64,000 nt of DNA, taken from positions 3,771 to 67,770 of the forward strand of contig JBBSCQ010000006.1 of assembly GCA_038250105.1 (NCBI GenBank), written 5' to 3'. A model generated the notes under the pieces. It did no database searches. It was not told the DNA's origin and worked only from the letters and a program-made list of their open reading frames with translations. The stretch's first letter is position 1. Each line of letters starts with the position of its first letter. The position numbers and the translations under genes are program-made. Shown here in pieces: positions 34,192 through 43,993 of the stretch. This DNA comes from Burkholderiales bacterium. GTDB taxonomy: Bacteria > Pseudomonadota > Gammaproteobacteria > Burkholderiales > Rhodocyclaceae.

Positions 34192-34415
34192 TTGCGCTTC
34201 AGGAAAAACTCGAAAACGCGATTTTCTTCACTATGCGCAACCAGTTCGTTACCGGTTTGCTTGGCAAAAGCAGGAAAATCCTTCAGAGAACCAGAGTCCG
34301 TGGCCTGAACGCGCAAGACCTGACCAGAAGCCATCTCGGCAAGCGCTTTCTTGGTACGGAGGATGGGCAACGGGCAGTTCAGCCCCTTGACGTCGAGATC
34401 GCGATCAAATTCCAT
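34188..34415 (-). CDS. tusA: TusA/SirA family sulfurtransferase
   Basis: 75 aa, LDVKGLNCPLPILRTKKAL with the conserved CPxP cysteine. Confidence 0.88.
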   Translation of the reverse strand: MEFDRDLDVKGLNCPLPILRTKKALAEMASGQVLRVQATDSGSLKDFPAFAKQTGNELVAHSEENRVFEFFLKRK

Positions 34416-34453
34416 GTTTGATTAACTTCCGGGTAAGGCCCAATATTTTACTC

Positions 34454-35902
34454 TCAATTACGCTTTTCCTTGAGTTCTTCAAGGAGCTGTCGTTTGAGCT
34501 CTCGAAGTCGCGTATCGATCACCGACATTTCGTAAAAATTAGCATCACCAGCCCGCTGCCCCAGCTCCAATTGTTGAATGGCATCCGCAGTCTGTCCCTG
34601 TAAGGCAAAAGCCTCGGCCAGCGCCTGATGCTGCTGCGCCTTACGCCCCTGCCCGGCGTAACTTTCAGCCCGCATCTTATGCAAGCGAACATCGTCTGGA
34701 TAATTCTGCAATTGCGCCTCGGAAAAACGCAATGACATATCAAAACGATGGTCGGCCAACAGGGCGCTACCATATCCATACATCAGCCCCATATGCAGCG
34801 GAAAATGCACCATCGCATCCCGATAGACATTCAGACCACCATCGACATCGCCTTGGGCAATACGAATATCAGCCAACAAGCGTTCGAGCATCGCGGCTGA
34901 AACCTTCATCTGGCGAACCACCGTGATCTCATGCTCAGCCGCAGGCCAGGCACGCTGGCGATAAAGCGCGTAAGCCAGGCCATAACGCGTCGCCGCTTCG
35001 GCAGTAAATTTCTTTTCGCGCAGCAAAGATTCGAAATCCTTCACCGCATCGCCCGGCGTACCCTGCATCGCGCGCAACTTGGCGCGAACCAACTGAAAAT
35101 CGATGCTATCGGGCATCTGACGATAGCCTTGTGATTGCTCACGATTCTGCATGTCAGTCAGCCGTTCGCCGGTCAACGGGTGCGTCCGCAAATAAGCCGT
35201 TGCATTGTTTTCATAGTGACGGACGGCGCGCTGCAGGCGCTCGAAAAAATCGGACATGCCGCGCACATCAAGGCCAGATTTGCGCATGATGTCAAAACCC
35301 TGGCGGTCAGCTTCACGCTCGAAATCACGAGAAAAAGCCAATTGGGCCGACATGGCCCCCGCCTGCGTCGTCGCAATCGCCGCCCCCGCCACCTGCCCGC
35401 TGGAACGGGCCGCCAGCAGCGCCAAGCCCATCGCCACCATCGAGGCCATGCCGATTTTTTTCGACTGAAAGACCTGGCGCGCAATATGTCGCTGCGTCAC
35501 ATGCGAAATCTCGTGCGCCAATACGCCGGCCAGTTCTGACTCAGACTGTGCTGACAAGATCAAACCGGTATGGACACCAATGAAACCGCCCGGCATGGCA
35601 AAGGCGTTGATGCTCGGATCGTTGATCGGAAAAAAGAAATAGCCCAGCCCAGGATCGCTACCCACCGCAGCCAGTCGCCCGCCCAATTGATTCAAATAGG
35701 CCTCGACATCCGAGTCATCGAGATACGATGGCTCGTGCCAGCGAATTTCATGCATGATCTGCCGGCCAATTTTTTTCTCGGCACTCAGCGACAAGTCGTT
35801 GCTGGCGACATCGCCCAATTCCGGCAATTCATCAGCACGCAAGGGTTGCAGAAACAGGGAGAAGGCCAGGAGTCCGGCGAGCAATCGTTGAGCAAGGGGC
35901 AT
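34454..35902 (-). CDS. M48 family periplasmic metalloprotease with TPR region (BepA/YfgC-like)
   Basis: Signal peptide, zinc motif HEISHVTQRH, a downstream E...READRQG, and a C-terminal TPR-like repeat region. Confidence 0.88.
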   Translation of the reverse strand: MPLAQRLLAGLLAFSLFLQPLRADELPELGDVASNDLSLSAEKKIGRQIMHEIRWHEPSYLDDSDVEAYLNQLGGRLAAVGSDPGLGYFFFPINDPSINAFAMPGGFIGVHTGLILSAQSESELAGVLAHEISHVTQRHIARQVFQSKKIGMASMVAMGLALLAARSSGQVAGAAIATTQAGAMSAQLAFSRDFEREADRQGFDIMRKSGLDVRGMSDFFERLQRAVRHYENNATAYLRTHPLTGERLTDMQNREQSQGYRQMPDSIDFQLVRAKLRAMQGTPGDAVKDFESLLREKKFTAEAATRYGLAYALYRQRAWPAAEHEITVVRQMKVSAAMLERLLADIRIAQGDVDGGLNVYRDAMVHFPLHMGLMYGYGSALLADHRFDMSLRFSEAQLQNYPDDVRLHKMRAESYAGQGRKAQQHQALAEAFALQGQTADAIQQLELGQRAGDANFYEMSVIDTRLRELKRQLLEELKEKRN

Positions 35903-35966
35903 GGTGTTATGATACCGCAGCCGAAAAACCGCCCTTCAGGCGATTCGTAACCTTGTGTGAATTCCT

Positions 35967-36476
35967 GTGAAAAACCAAACCCTTACCCACTTTGACAGCA
36001 CCGGCCAGGCTCATATGGTCGACGTTGGCAACAAGTCCGAAACCAGCCGCGTGGCGCGTGCCACCGGCAGCATTTTCATGCAGCCCGAAACCTTGGCGCT
36101 AATCCAGTCCGGCAGCGCCAAGAAAGGTGACGTCATCGGCATTGCCCGCATCGCCGCCATTCAAGCTTCAAAACGTACCGGCGATTTGATCCCCCTGTGC
36201 CACCCGATTGCGCTGACCCGCGTTGCCGCCGACTTCGTTATAGACCAAGCACATAACGCCATCCACTGCACCGTCACGGCCGAATGCCATGGTCGCACCG
36301 GGGTTGAAATGGAAGCGCTGACCGCCACCTCGGTTGGCCTGCTGACGATTTATGACATGGCAAAAGCCGTCGACCGCGGCATGCGTATCGAAAATATTCG
36401 CCTGTTGGAAAAAATCGGCGGCAAATCCGGCCACTGGACAGCTGAATTAGCGGCTGGAGAAAATAGCCATGCTTGA
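35967..36476 (+). CDS. moaC: cyclic pyranopterin monophosphate synthase MoaC
   Basis: [59 protein letters not shown]. Confidence 0.95.
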   Translation: MKNQTLTHFDSTGQAHMVDVGNKSETSRVARATGSIFMQPETLALIQSGSAKKGDVIGIARIAAIQASKRTGDLIPLCHPIALTRVAADFVIDQAHNAIHCTVTAECHGRTGVEMEALTATSVGLLTIYDMAKAVDRGMRIENIRLLEKIGGKSGHWTAELAAGENSHA

Positions 36477-36942
36477 GTTACGCAGAAAACTCCTCAAGGG
36501 TAGCTCGTTGGCTGCCCTGCTCACGCCGCTGCTTGGCACCGGCCTGCTCACGCCAAGCCGCGTGCTCGCTGCCGAATGGAACCGCAACGCCTTTACCGCG
36601 CGCTCGATTAATGACGCACTGAAAGCTTACAGCGGCAGCAATTCAGCCGACTCGCGTGACATCCTGATCAACGCACCGGAGATTGCTGAAAATGGTGCCA
36701 AGGTTGAAGTCGACATCACCAGCAATATTGAAAACAGCCGCAGCTTGGCGGTCTTTGCCGACAAGAACCCAATGCCACTGTGCGCCATCATCGAATTTTC
36801 CGAGCCAGCGCTGCCCTACGCTCGTGTGCAGATAAAACTTGCTGAAACAACCCGAGTGCGCGCCATGATCAAAACAGCAGATGGCAAAACCTATGTTGCC
36901 TTTCGTGAAATCAAAGTCACACTCGGCGGCTGCGGAGGATAA
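36469..36942 (+). CDS. soxY: thiosulfate-oxidation carrier protein SoxY
   Basis: Tat-like leader ([12 protein letters not shown]), SoxY fold length, and the diagnostic C-terminal GGCGG. Overlaps the moaC stop by 8 nt. Confidence 0.88.
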   Translation: MLELRRKLLKGSSLAALLTPLLGTGLLTPSRVLAAEWNRNAFTARSINDALKAYSGSNSADSRDILINAPEIAENGAKVEVDITSNIENSRSLAVFADKNPMPLCAIIEFSEPALPYARVQIKLAETTRVRAMIKTADGKTYVAFREIKVTLGGCGG

Positions 36943-36944
36943 TC

Positions 36945-37256
36945 ATGGGAGATCAAATCAAGATTCGCGCCCAGATTCAGGGTGAAATCACCGACATCCG
37001 TGTTTTGTTACAGCATCCGATGGAAACCGGGCAACGCAAGGATGAAAAAGGCCAGTCTCTGGCAATGCATTTCATCCAGCACTTTTCGCTCAGCCTCAAC
37101 GGAAAAGTATTGATAGATGGGCAACTCAACACATCGATTTCAAAAAATCCGCTATTCGCCTTCAAGGCGCGCGGCATCAAATCGGGTGACAAACTGACAG
37201 TGAGTTGGCGCGACAATACCGGCGACAAGCGTCAGGATGAAATTACGCTGGCCTGA
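36945..37256 (+). CDS. soxZ: thiosulfate-oxidation carrier complex protein SoxZ
   Basis: 103 aa, IKIRAQ...ITDIRVLLQHPMETGQRKD, typical SoxZ, directly after soxY. Confidence 0.85.
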   Translation: MGDQIKIRAQIQGEITDIRVLLQHPMETGQRKDEKGQSLAMHFIQHFSLSLNGKVLIDGQLNTSISKNPLFAFKARGIKSGDKLTVSWRDNTGDKRQDEITLA

Positions 37257-37305
37257 GCGTTGACCGAAGTACACTTACAGCCGAAATAAAAATAAAAGAT
37301 CAAAT

Positions 37306-37340
37306 AAAAAAAGCCCGCCTGAAACAGGCGGGCTTTTTAA
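37306..37340. terminator. bidirectional rho-independent terminator (soxZ / cspA)
   Basis: AAAAAAGCCCGCCTG-AAA-CAGGCGGGCTTTTT between convergent genes. Confidence 0.9.
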
Positions 37341-37358
37341 TTTCTAACGATCCGTTGC

Positions 37359-37562
37359 TTAGGCGCTCTGGATGTTGGAAGCCTGCTTGCCCTTGGGGCC
37401 TTGCACGACTTCGAAGGAAACTTTGTCACCTTCCTTGAGGGTCTTGAAACCATTCATGTTGATGGCGGAGAAATGTGCGAAAAGATCTTCGCTGCCATCA
37501 TCAGGAGTGATAAAGCCAAAACCTTTGGAATCATTGAACCACTTGACAGTACCGAGTGCCAT
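37359..37562 (-). CDS. cspA: cold-shock protein CspA family
   Basis: [34 protein letters not shown] (RNP1/RNP2 motifs), 67 aa. The upstream extension in the ORF track is rejected. A long (~270 nt) upstream non-coding region is consistent with a csp-type 5' UTR. Confidence 0.95.
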   Translation of the reverse strand: MALGTVKWFNDSKGFGFITPDDGSEDLFAHFSAINMNGFKTLKEGDKVSFEVVQGPKGKQASNIQSA

Positions 37563-37835
37563 GTTTGCTACTTTCTTACAAAAAACGAATGATTTTTCCG
37601 GGTTTCCCCGATTCCCTGTTTGAGCCTGCCAACGCCGCATCTTTCGACACTTTGTTACAGCGAAAACTTAAACACAATTGCGTTCTACGCCACTTGAATT
37701 ATGTCGTCAACAAGTTTCGATTCTGCAGCGCAACATAACCAGCTGGTAAAAAGGCTTTTAACTGCACTGGAAATTTGCGCCCCCGCCCCAATATTTCTTA
37801 TTGCAGATTGAATTGGACTGTATAGAATCGAATGC

Positions 37836-38144
37836 ATGGCTACGAAGATTCATGAAGACGGACAGCTTGCAGCGCAACGCGCCAAGCTGGAGCCGCCAAA
37901 GATGTACAAGGTGTTGTTGTTGAACGACGATTACACTCCGATGGAGTTTGTCATCGAAGTTCTGCAACAGTTTTTTTCTCTCGATACTGAACAAGCGACG
38001 CGAATTATGCTCAAAGTTCACAACGAAGGTCGCGGTGTTTGCGGGGTATTCCCTCGCGATATTGCAGCCACGAAGGTGGAACAGGTGAGTGCATTCGCCC
38101 GCCGGCACCAACATCCGCTTGCTTGCATCATGGAGGAAAACTAA
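37836..38144 (+). CDS. clpS: ATP-dependent Clp protease adaptor ClpS
   Basis: [28 protein letters not shown]. Confidence 0.96.
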   Translation: MATKIHEDGQLAAQRAKLEPPKMYKVLLLNDDYTPMEFVIEVLQQFFSLDTEQATRIMLKVHNEGRGVCGVFPRDIAATKVEQVSAFARRHQHPLACIMEEN

Positions 38145-40402
38145 TGATTGCTCAGGAACTTGAAGTCAGCCTGCACATGGCTTTTGTCGAAGCACGGCAA
38201 AAACGCCATGAGTTCATTACGGTTGAACACTTGCTATTGGCGCTGATTGACAATCCATCCGCAGCTGAGGCCTTGCGCTCTTGTGGTGCCAAGCCGGACA
38301 CCTTGCGCAAGGACTTGGGCAACTTTATTAACGAACATACACCAACCGTTTCCGGTGAAGATGACATCGACACCCAACCGACGCTCGGCTTCCAGCGCGT
38401 TATTCAACGCGCCATCCTGCACGTCCAGTCATCGGGCAAAAAAGAAGTGAATGGCGCCAATGTGCTGGTCGCCATTTACGGCGAAAAAGATTCGCATGCC
38501 GTTTATTTTCTGCAGAAGCAGGGCGTCACGCGCCTCGACGTGGTGAATTTCATTGCCCACGGCATCAGCAAGGTGCCGCAGCAGAAGGCACCTATTGAAG
38601 GCGAAATTGAAACCGAGGCGGAGAAGGAACAATCTGGCCCGCTTGAGCAATACACGATCAATCTCAATGCCCTCGCCTTGCAAGGGAAGATTGACCCGTT
38701 GATTGGCCGCGACAAGGAACTTGAACGGGTGATTCAAACCCTGTGCCGACGCCGGAAAAACAACCCTTTACTGGTTGGTGAAGCGGGTGTGGGCAAAACA
38801 GCTATTGCGGAAGGACTGGCGCGCAAAATTGTTGAAGGCGATATTCCGGAGATTCTGGCCAAAGCGAATGTTTACTCGTTGGACATGGGCTCGTTGCTGG
38901 CAGGAACGAAGTATCGGGGTGATTTTGAGCAGCGCTTGAAGGGCGTGATTAAGCAATTGAGCGACAATCCGCATGCCATTCTTTTTATTGACGAAATTCA
39001 CACCTTGATTGGTGCTGGCTCGGCCTCGGGCGGCACGCTGGATGCATCCAATCTGCTCAAGCCAGCGCTTTCTTCCGGCCAGCTCAAGTGCATCGGCGCC
39101 ACAACCTACACCGAGTTTCGGGGAATTTTCGAGAAGGATAGTGCGCTTTCTCGCCGCTTCCAGAAGATTGACGTCAATGAACCTTCGGTGGCCGAAACCA
39201 TTGAAATCCTCAAAGGCTTGAAAGCCCGCTTCGAAGCCCACCACGGCATCAAATACTCGGCCACGGCTATCACTTCGGCGGCCGAACTGGCAGCGCGCTA
39301 CATTACCGATCGTCACCTGCCCGACAAAGCAATCGACGTTATTGACGAAGCCGGTGCAGCACAGCGCATTCTGCCTAAGTCGAAGCAGAAGAAAGTCATC
39401 AACAAGACGGATATTGAAGAGATCGTTGCCAAAATCGCCCGCATTCCTTCACAGCATGTGACGCTCGACGACCGTGGTGCACTGAAGAATCTTGACCGAG
39501 ATTTGAAAGCCGTTGTTTTTGGCCAGGAAAAGGCAATTGACGCGCTGGCCAAGGCGATCAAGATGGCCCGTTCCGGTTTGGGCAATCCCGGCAAGCCGAT
39601 TGGCTCCTTCCTGTTCAGTGGCCCGACCGGTGTCGGCAAGACCGAGGTTGCCAAGCAACTGGCTTACTGCCTGGGGATTGAGCTGGCGCGCTTCGACATG
39701 AGCGAATATATGGAACGCCACGCGGTCTCACGGTTGATTGGCGCACCACCGGGTTATGTCGGTTTTGATCAGGGTGGATTGTTGACCGAAGCAGTCACCA
39801 AGAAACCTTACTGCGTTCTGCTGCTTGATGAAATCGAGAAGGCGCATCCGGACATCTTCAACATTTTGTTGCAGGTGATGGATCACGGCACGCTAACCGA
39901 CAACAATGGGCGTAAAGCTGATTTCCGCAACGTGGTGATCATCATGACGACCAATGCTGGCGCCTCCGATCTGCAGAAGTCGAGCATGGGCTTTACCAAT
40001 TCCCGACAGACGGGCGACGAAATGGTCGAAATCAAGCGGCTATTTACGCCGGAATTCCGCAATCGTCTCGATGCGACGATCTCCTTTGCACCGCTCGACC
40101 GCGACATCATCCTGCGTGTGGTCGACAAGTTCCTGATTCAGCTCGAAGAGCAGCTCCACGAGAAGAAGGTGGATGCTCACTTCAGCGAGGCGGTGAAGGC
40201 CATGCTGGCGGAAAAGGGTTTTGACCCGCAGATGGGTGCCCGGCCAATGGCCCGGCTAATTCAGGACACCATCCGTTCGGCGCTGGCTGACGAACTATTG
40301 TTTGGCCGACTGTCAAATGGCGGTCGAGTTACGGTCGACCTCGATAAAGAGGGCAAAATCAAATTAGCTTTTGAGGAAGAAAAAAGCGTAGCCGTCGTTT
40401 AA
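38144..40402 (+). CDS. clpA: ATP-dependent Clp protease ATP-binding subunit ClpA
   Basis: [15 protein letters not shown]-domain and two AAA+ modules ([15 protein letters not shown]; [15 protein letters not shown]). The ATG overlaps the clpS stop by one base. Confidence 0.97.
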   Translation: MIAQELEVSLHMAFVEARQKRHEFITVEHLLLALIDNPSAAEALRSCGAKPDTLRKDLGNFINEHTPTVSGEDDIDTQPTLGFQRVIQRAILHVQSSGKKEVNGANVLVAIYGEKDSHAVYFLQKQGVTRLDVVNFIAHGISKVPQQKAPIEGEIETEAEKEQSGPLEQYTINLNALALQGKIDPLIGRDKELERVIQTLCRRRKNNPLLVGEAGVGKTAIAEGLARKIVEGDIPEILAKANVYSLDMGSLLAGTKYRGDFEQRLKGVIKQLSDNPHAILFIDEIHTLIGAGSASGGTLDASNLLKPALSSGQLKCIGATTYTEFRGIFEKDSALSRRFQKIDVNEPSVAETIEILKGLKARFEAHHGIKYSATAITSAAELAARYITDRHLPDKAIDVIDEAGAAQRILPKSKQKKVINKTDIEEIVAKIARIPSQHVTLDDRGALKNLDRDLKAVVFGQEKAIDALAKAIKMARSGLGNPGKPIGSFLFSGPTGVGKTEVAKQLAYCLGIELARFDMSEYMERHAVSRLIGAPPGYVGFDQGGLLTEAVTKKPYCVLLLDEIEKAHPDIFNILLQVMDHGTLTDNNGRKADFRNVVIIMTTNAGASDLQKSSMGFTNSRQTGDEMVEIKRLFTPEFRNRLDATISFAPLDRDIILRVVDKFLIQLEEQLHEKKVDAHFSEAVKAMLAEKGFDPQMGARPMARLIQDTIRSALADELLFGRLSNGGRVTVDLDKEGKIKLAFEEEKSVAVV

Positions 40403-40423
40403 AATTCTTGCCACATTCCAACA

Positions 40424-40448
40424 AGCCATGCACTGCATGGCTTTTTTT
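40424..40448 (+). terminator. rho-independent terminator after clpA
   Basis: AGCCATG-CACTG-CATGGCT followed by TTTTTTT. Confidence 0.8.
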
Positions 40449-40465
40449 CTGCCAGGGAGCCCCGC

Positions 40466-40957
40466 ATGACCTTCAAAACCCCCGATCTGTGTGATGCATT
40501 TGAAACCGAACTCGGTAAAACATTGCGCGTCGTTGCCCCGATGTTCCAGCGCTACGGTGCACGCAATAGTTTTTCCGGCCAAATCGTCACCCTGAAGATT
40601 TTCGAGGACAACACGCTGGTACGCGAGGCTTTTGCGGAAAACGGTCAAGGCAAAGTACTGGTTATAGATGGCGGCGGCTCGTTGCGTTGCGCGCTGGTCG
40701 GTGACCAACTGGCCATTCTGGCGCAGAAAAATGCCTGGGAAGGCGTTGTGGTTTATGGCTGTATTCGTGATTCCGGCGACATCAACTCGATCGATATTGG
40801 TGTCCGCGCCTTGAACACTCATCCGCAGAAGAGCATCAAGAAAGGTGCTGGCGACAAAGACATTGCCGTTACTTTTGGTGGCGTCACCTTCAATCCGGGT
40901 GACTTTCTCTATGCCGATGAAGACGGCGTATTGGTTAGCAGCAAATCATTGTGCTAG
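40466..40957 (+). CDS. rraA: RraA family protein (RNase E regulator / 4-hydroxy-4-methyl-2-oxoglutarate aldolase family)
   Basis: TPDLCDAF...KIFEDN...GKVLVIDGGGSLRCALVGDQLA...GVVVYGCIRD. Confidence 0.9.
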   Translation: MTFKTPDLCDAFETELGKTLRVVAPMFQRYGARNSFSGQIVTLKIFEDNTLVREAFAENGQGKVLVIDGGGSLRCALVGDQLAILAQKNAWEGVVVYGCIRDSGDINSIDIGVRALNTHPQKSIKKGAGDKDIAVTFGGVTFNPGDFLYADEDGVLVSSKSLC

Positions 40958-40992
40958 TGCAAGGTAAAATCATTTCATAAAGACGAATAAAA

Positions 40993-41007
40993 TTTCACAT
41001 CGTGAAA
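40993..41007. promoter_or_regulatory. perfect inverted repeat TTTCAC-ATC-GTGAAA upstream of aceA (candidate operator)
   Basis: Seen directly in the AT-rich 218-nt aceA upstream region. The binding protein is unknown. Confidence 0.35.
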
Positions 41008-41053
41008 CATTGTTTTTATGTAATTGATTTTATTGCAAATAATAAAGTCTTAT

Positions 41054-41067
41054 GTCTTATATAAGAC
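41054..41067. promoter_or_regulatory. 14-bp perfect palindrome GTCTTATATAAGAC upstream of aceA (candidate operator)
   Basis: Seen directly. Preceded by a direct repeat of its half-site (GTCTTAT at 41047-41053). Confidence 0.35.
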
Positions 41068-41175
41068 TGTTGCTGCCCTGCAAAATAAACTTTATACTTT
41101 CTGCCATCGCATCGGTAAAATCCACCGCGGCGCCAAGCCTTAAATACCCCTAAACAAACTCTTAAGGAATTCACA

Positions 41176-42477
41176 ATGAGCACTCGCGAACAGCAAATCG
41201 CCGCCCTCGAAAAAGACTGGGCTGAAAACCCCCGCTGGAAAGGCATCAAGCGCGGCTACTCCGCTGCTGACGTCGTCCGTTTGCGCGGTTCTGTCGCGGT
41301 TGAATACACCCTGGCCAAGCGTGGCGCCGAAAAATTGTGGGATCTGGTCAATAACGAACCCTACGTTAACTGCCTGGGCGCCCTGACCGGCGGCCAAGCC
41401 ATGCAGCAGGTCAAGGCTGGCGTCAAAGCCATCTACTTGTCCGGCTGGCAAGTTGCTGCTGACAACAACGAATACGCCGCAATGTACCCGGACCAGTCCC
41501 TGTACCCAGTTGATTCCGTGCCTAAGGTGGTCGAGCGCATCAACAATGCCTTCACCCGTGCGGACGAAATCCAGTGGTCCAAGGGTGCCAACCCAGGCGA
41601 CGCAGGTTACATCGACTACTTTGCTCCGATCGTGGCTGATGCTGAAGCCGGTTTCGGCGGCGTGCTGAACGCTTTCGAACTGATGAAGGCAATGATCCGC
41701 GCTGGTGCTGGCGGCGTGCACTGGGAAGACCAATTGGCTTCCGTCAAGAAATGCGGCCACATGGGCGGCAAGGTACTCGTTCCGACCACGGAAGCGATTC
41801 AAAAGCTGATCGCTGCTCGTATGGCGGCTGACGTCTATGGTGTATCAACCCTGGTGATCGCCCGTACCGATGCGGAAGCGGCTGACCTGCTGACCTCCGA
41901 CTACGACGAAAACGACAAGCCGTTTATCACTGGCGAGCGCACTGCTGAAGGCTTCTACAAGACCCGTAAGGGCTTGGACCAGGCTATCTCCCGCGCCATC
42001 GCTTACGCTGACTACGCTGACTTGGTATGGTGCGAAACTGGCACGCCGGATCTGGAATACGCCCGTAAGTTTGCCGAAGCTGTGCATAAAGTTCACCCAG
42101 GCAAGATGCTGGCTTACAACTGTTCGCCGTCCTTCAACTGGAAGAAAAACCTGGACGATGCCACCATCGCCATATTCCAGAAAGAACTCGGCGCCATGGG
42201 TTACAAGTACCAGTTCATCACCCTGGCTGGCATCCACTCCATGTGGTACAACATGTTCGATCTGGCCCAGGACTACGTCGCTCGCGGCATGACCGCCTAC
42301 GTCGAGAAGGTTCAGGAGCCGGAATTCGCGGCGCGTGACCGTGGCTACTCTTTCGTTTCGCACCAGCAGGAAGTCGGTACCGGTTACTTCGACGAAGTCA
42401 CCACCGTCATCCAGGGTGGCAAGTCCAGCGTCACCGCGCTGACTGGCTCGACCGAAGAAGAGCAGTTCAATCACTAA
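41176..42477 (+). CDS. aceA: isocitrate lyase
   Basis: 433 aa; [13 protein letters not shown] active-site motif and a typical N-terminus [22 protein letters not shown]. Confidence 0.98.
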   Translation: MSTREQQIAALEKDWAENPRWKGIKRGYSAADVVRLRGSVAVEYTLAKRGAEKLWDLVNNEPYVNCLGALTGGQAMQQVKAGVKAIYLSGWQVAADNNEYAAMYPDQSLYPVDSVPKVVERINNAFTRADEIQWSKGANPGDAGYIDYFAPIVADAEAGFGGVLNAFELMKAMIRAGAGGVHWEDQLASVKKCGHMGGKVLVPTTEAIQKLIAARMAADVYGVSTLVIARTDAEAADLLTSDYDENDKPFITGERTAEGFYKTRKGLDQAISRAIAYADYADLVWCETGTPDLEYARKFAEAVHKVHPGKMLAYNCSPSFNWKKNLDDATIAIFQKELGAMGYKYQFITLAGIHSMWYNMFDLAQDYVARGMTAYVEKVQEPEFAARDRGYSFVSHQQEVGTGYFDEVTTVIQGGKSSVTALTGSTEEEQFNH

Positions 42478-42518
42478 GCACTTCACCGTTTAAAATTGCT
42501 GCCCCACCGGGCAGTAAT

Positions 42519-42552
42519 AAAGGCCGGCTCCCACAAGGTGCCGGCCTTTTTA
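42519..42552 (+). terminator. rho-independent terminator after aceA
   Basis: AAAGGCCGGC-TCCCACAAGGT-GCCGGCCTTTTT. A smaller hairpin CTGCCC-CACC-GGGCAG lies just upstream. Confidence 0.85.
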
Positions 42553-42631
42553 TTGCGCGCTCGAGAATGCTACGACCCTAGAAATAACCGCTAGCCCCAG
42601 GGTCAACCCTAAAATTCGGCCAATTTAGGCT

Positions 42632-42985
42632 TCAGACTGACGGCCGTGACGCCATCCAGGCCAACACACAAAGGCCAATACCGCCTGGCACGTAGCACCA
42701 GGGTTCAGGCATGGAAAGCCAGCCGCCAATTGCACTGATTGTCAGAAGAAGGGCCGCCAGCCGTTTCGCTACTTTGGGTATAGCGCCATGGTCGCGCCAG
42801 GCCCGGATCGATGGCCCGACCGTTGGGTGGGCTAGCAGCTTCGCCTCCCATTCAGGATGCGATCGAGCGAAAAAATAGGCGGCAAGGATAAGAAATGGCG
42901 TTGTTGGCAGGAGTGGCAGGACGGCACCGATTACCCCCAACAGTACAGAAACAAGCCCGAGCACTCGATAGACCGGGCGTCTCAT
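42632..42985 (-). CDS. DUF454 (YbaN) family inner-membrane protein
   Basis: VLGLVSVLLGVIGAVLPLLPTTPFLILAAYFFARSHP is the YbaN signature. The ATG overlaps the LysR stop (ATGA). The track's N-terminal extension is rejected. Confidence 0.8.
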   Translation of the reverse strand: MRRPVYRVLGLVSVLLGVIGAVLPLLPTTPFLILAAYFFARSHPEWEAKLLAHPTVGPSIRAWRDHGAIPKVAKRLAALLLTISAIGGWLSMPEPWCYVPGGIGLCVLAWMASRPSV

Positions 42986-43884
42986 CGCAGTTCCCAATAA
43001 CTTGACCGACTGTAGGTCTCTTTCAGCAGATCGATGAACAGGCGTACCCGCAAGGGCAAATGTCGGCGTTGCGGGAAAACGGCGTAGATGCCCATCGGCG
43101 GCGCTTGCCAAGCATCAAGCACCGAGGTCAGGCGGCCCTCCTTCAAATCCTGGCCGACTTCCCATAGCGAGCGCCAAGCCAACCCTTTCCCGGCCAGCGC
43201 CCATTCGTGCAGCACGGCGCCGTCGTTGCATTCGAAACTGCCGCTGACTTTCAGCGTATCGACCTCACCGCTCTGCGCATTGCGAAAAACCCAACCGCGT
43301 TGCTGGCCGAGCGAAAGACAATTGTGCGTCGCCAGATCGACTGGTTCACGCGGCACGCCATGCGCCACCAGATAAGCCGGGCTGGCCACTACCATGCGAC
43401 GCATTTCGCCGAGGCGGACGCTGATCAGGCTGGAATCGGTCAATTCACCGATGCGGATGGCGCAGTCGATGTTTTCGTTGAGCAAGTCGACCAATCTATC
43501 GCTTAAATCGAGGTTGACCGTGACATCGGGATTGGCCCGCATGAAATCGCCGACCAACGGCGCAACATGGCGCCGGCCGAAACCGGAAGGTGCCGAGACG
43601 CGCAACTGACCGCTGGCCCGGATACTGCCCAGAGACACAGCGGCTTCGGCATTGGCGATGTCGTTCAACAGCGTCTGGCAGTTTTCCAGGAAAGCCTGCC
43701 CCTCGAAAGTAATCGTCAGCTTGCGCGTGGTGCGCAGCAGCAATTTCACACCGAGGCGGGCTTCCAGCGCGTCAAGCCGGCGCCCGATAATTGCCGGGGT
43801 AACGCTCTCTGCCCGGGCCGCAGCGGAGAGACTGCCGCGCGTTGCCGACGAAACGAAGGCTTCAATCTGCTTTAAGCGATCCAT
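42982..43884 (-). CDS. LysR family transcriptional regulator (divergent from aceB)
   Basis: N-terminal wHTH MDRLKQIEAFVSSATRGSLSAAARAESVTPAIIGRRLDALE plus a LysR substrate-binding domain. Confidence 0.9.
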   Translation of the reverse strand: MDRLKQIEAFVSSATRGSLSAAARAESVTPAIIGRRLDALEARLGVKLLLRTTRKLTITFEGQAFLENCQTLLNDIANAEAAVSLGSIRASGQLRVSAPSGFGRRHVAPLVGDFMRANPDVTVNLDLSDRLVDLLNENIDCAIRIGELTDSSLISVRLGEMRRMVVASPAYLVAHGVPREPVDLATHNCLSLGQQRGWVFRNAQSGEVDTLKVSGSFECNDGAVLHEWALAGKGLAWRSLWEVGQDLKEGRLTSVLDAWQAPPMGIYAVFPQRRHLPLRVRLFIDLLKETYSRSSYWELR

Positions 43885-43993
43885 TTGATACCTGAGGTAA
43901 AAGATGAAATGATTTTAACCGGCTTTTTATTCAATCGAAATAGCAATAAAATTTGCGGCGTCGCATCAATTTATCTATCTTTCAGGAGCCCCC

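Noticed and set aside
34191-34240. Programmed -1 frameshift fusing TusA to PabB at GAG TTT TTC
   Set aside because: The pabB frame is -1 relative to tusA and opens just upstream. However, the heptamer G TTT TTC is not a proper X XXY YYZ slippery site, and I saw no downstream stimulatory structure. The ATAA stop/start overlap is the simpler reading.
36469-37256. Complete Sox thiosulfate-oxidation system
   Set aside because: Only soxY and soxZ are present. No soxAX, soxB or soxCD lies within the window, so no pathway claim is made.
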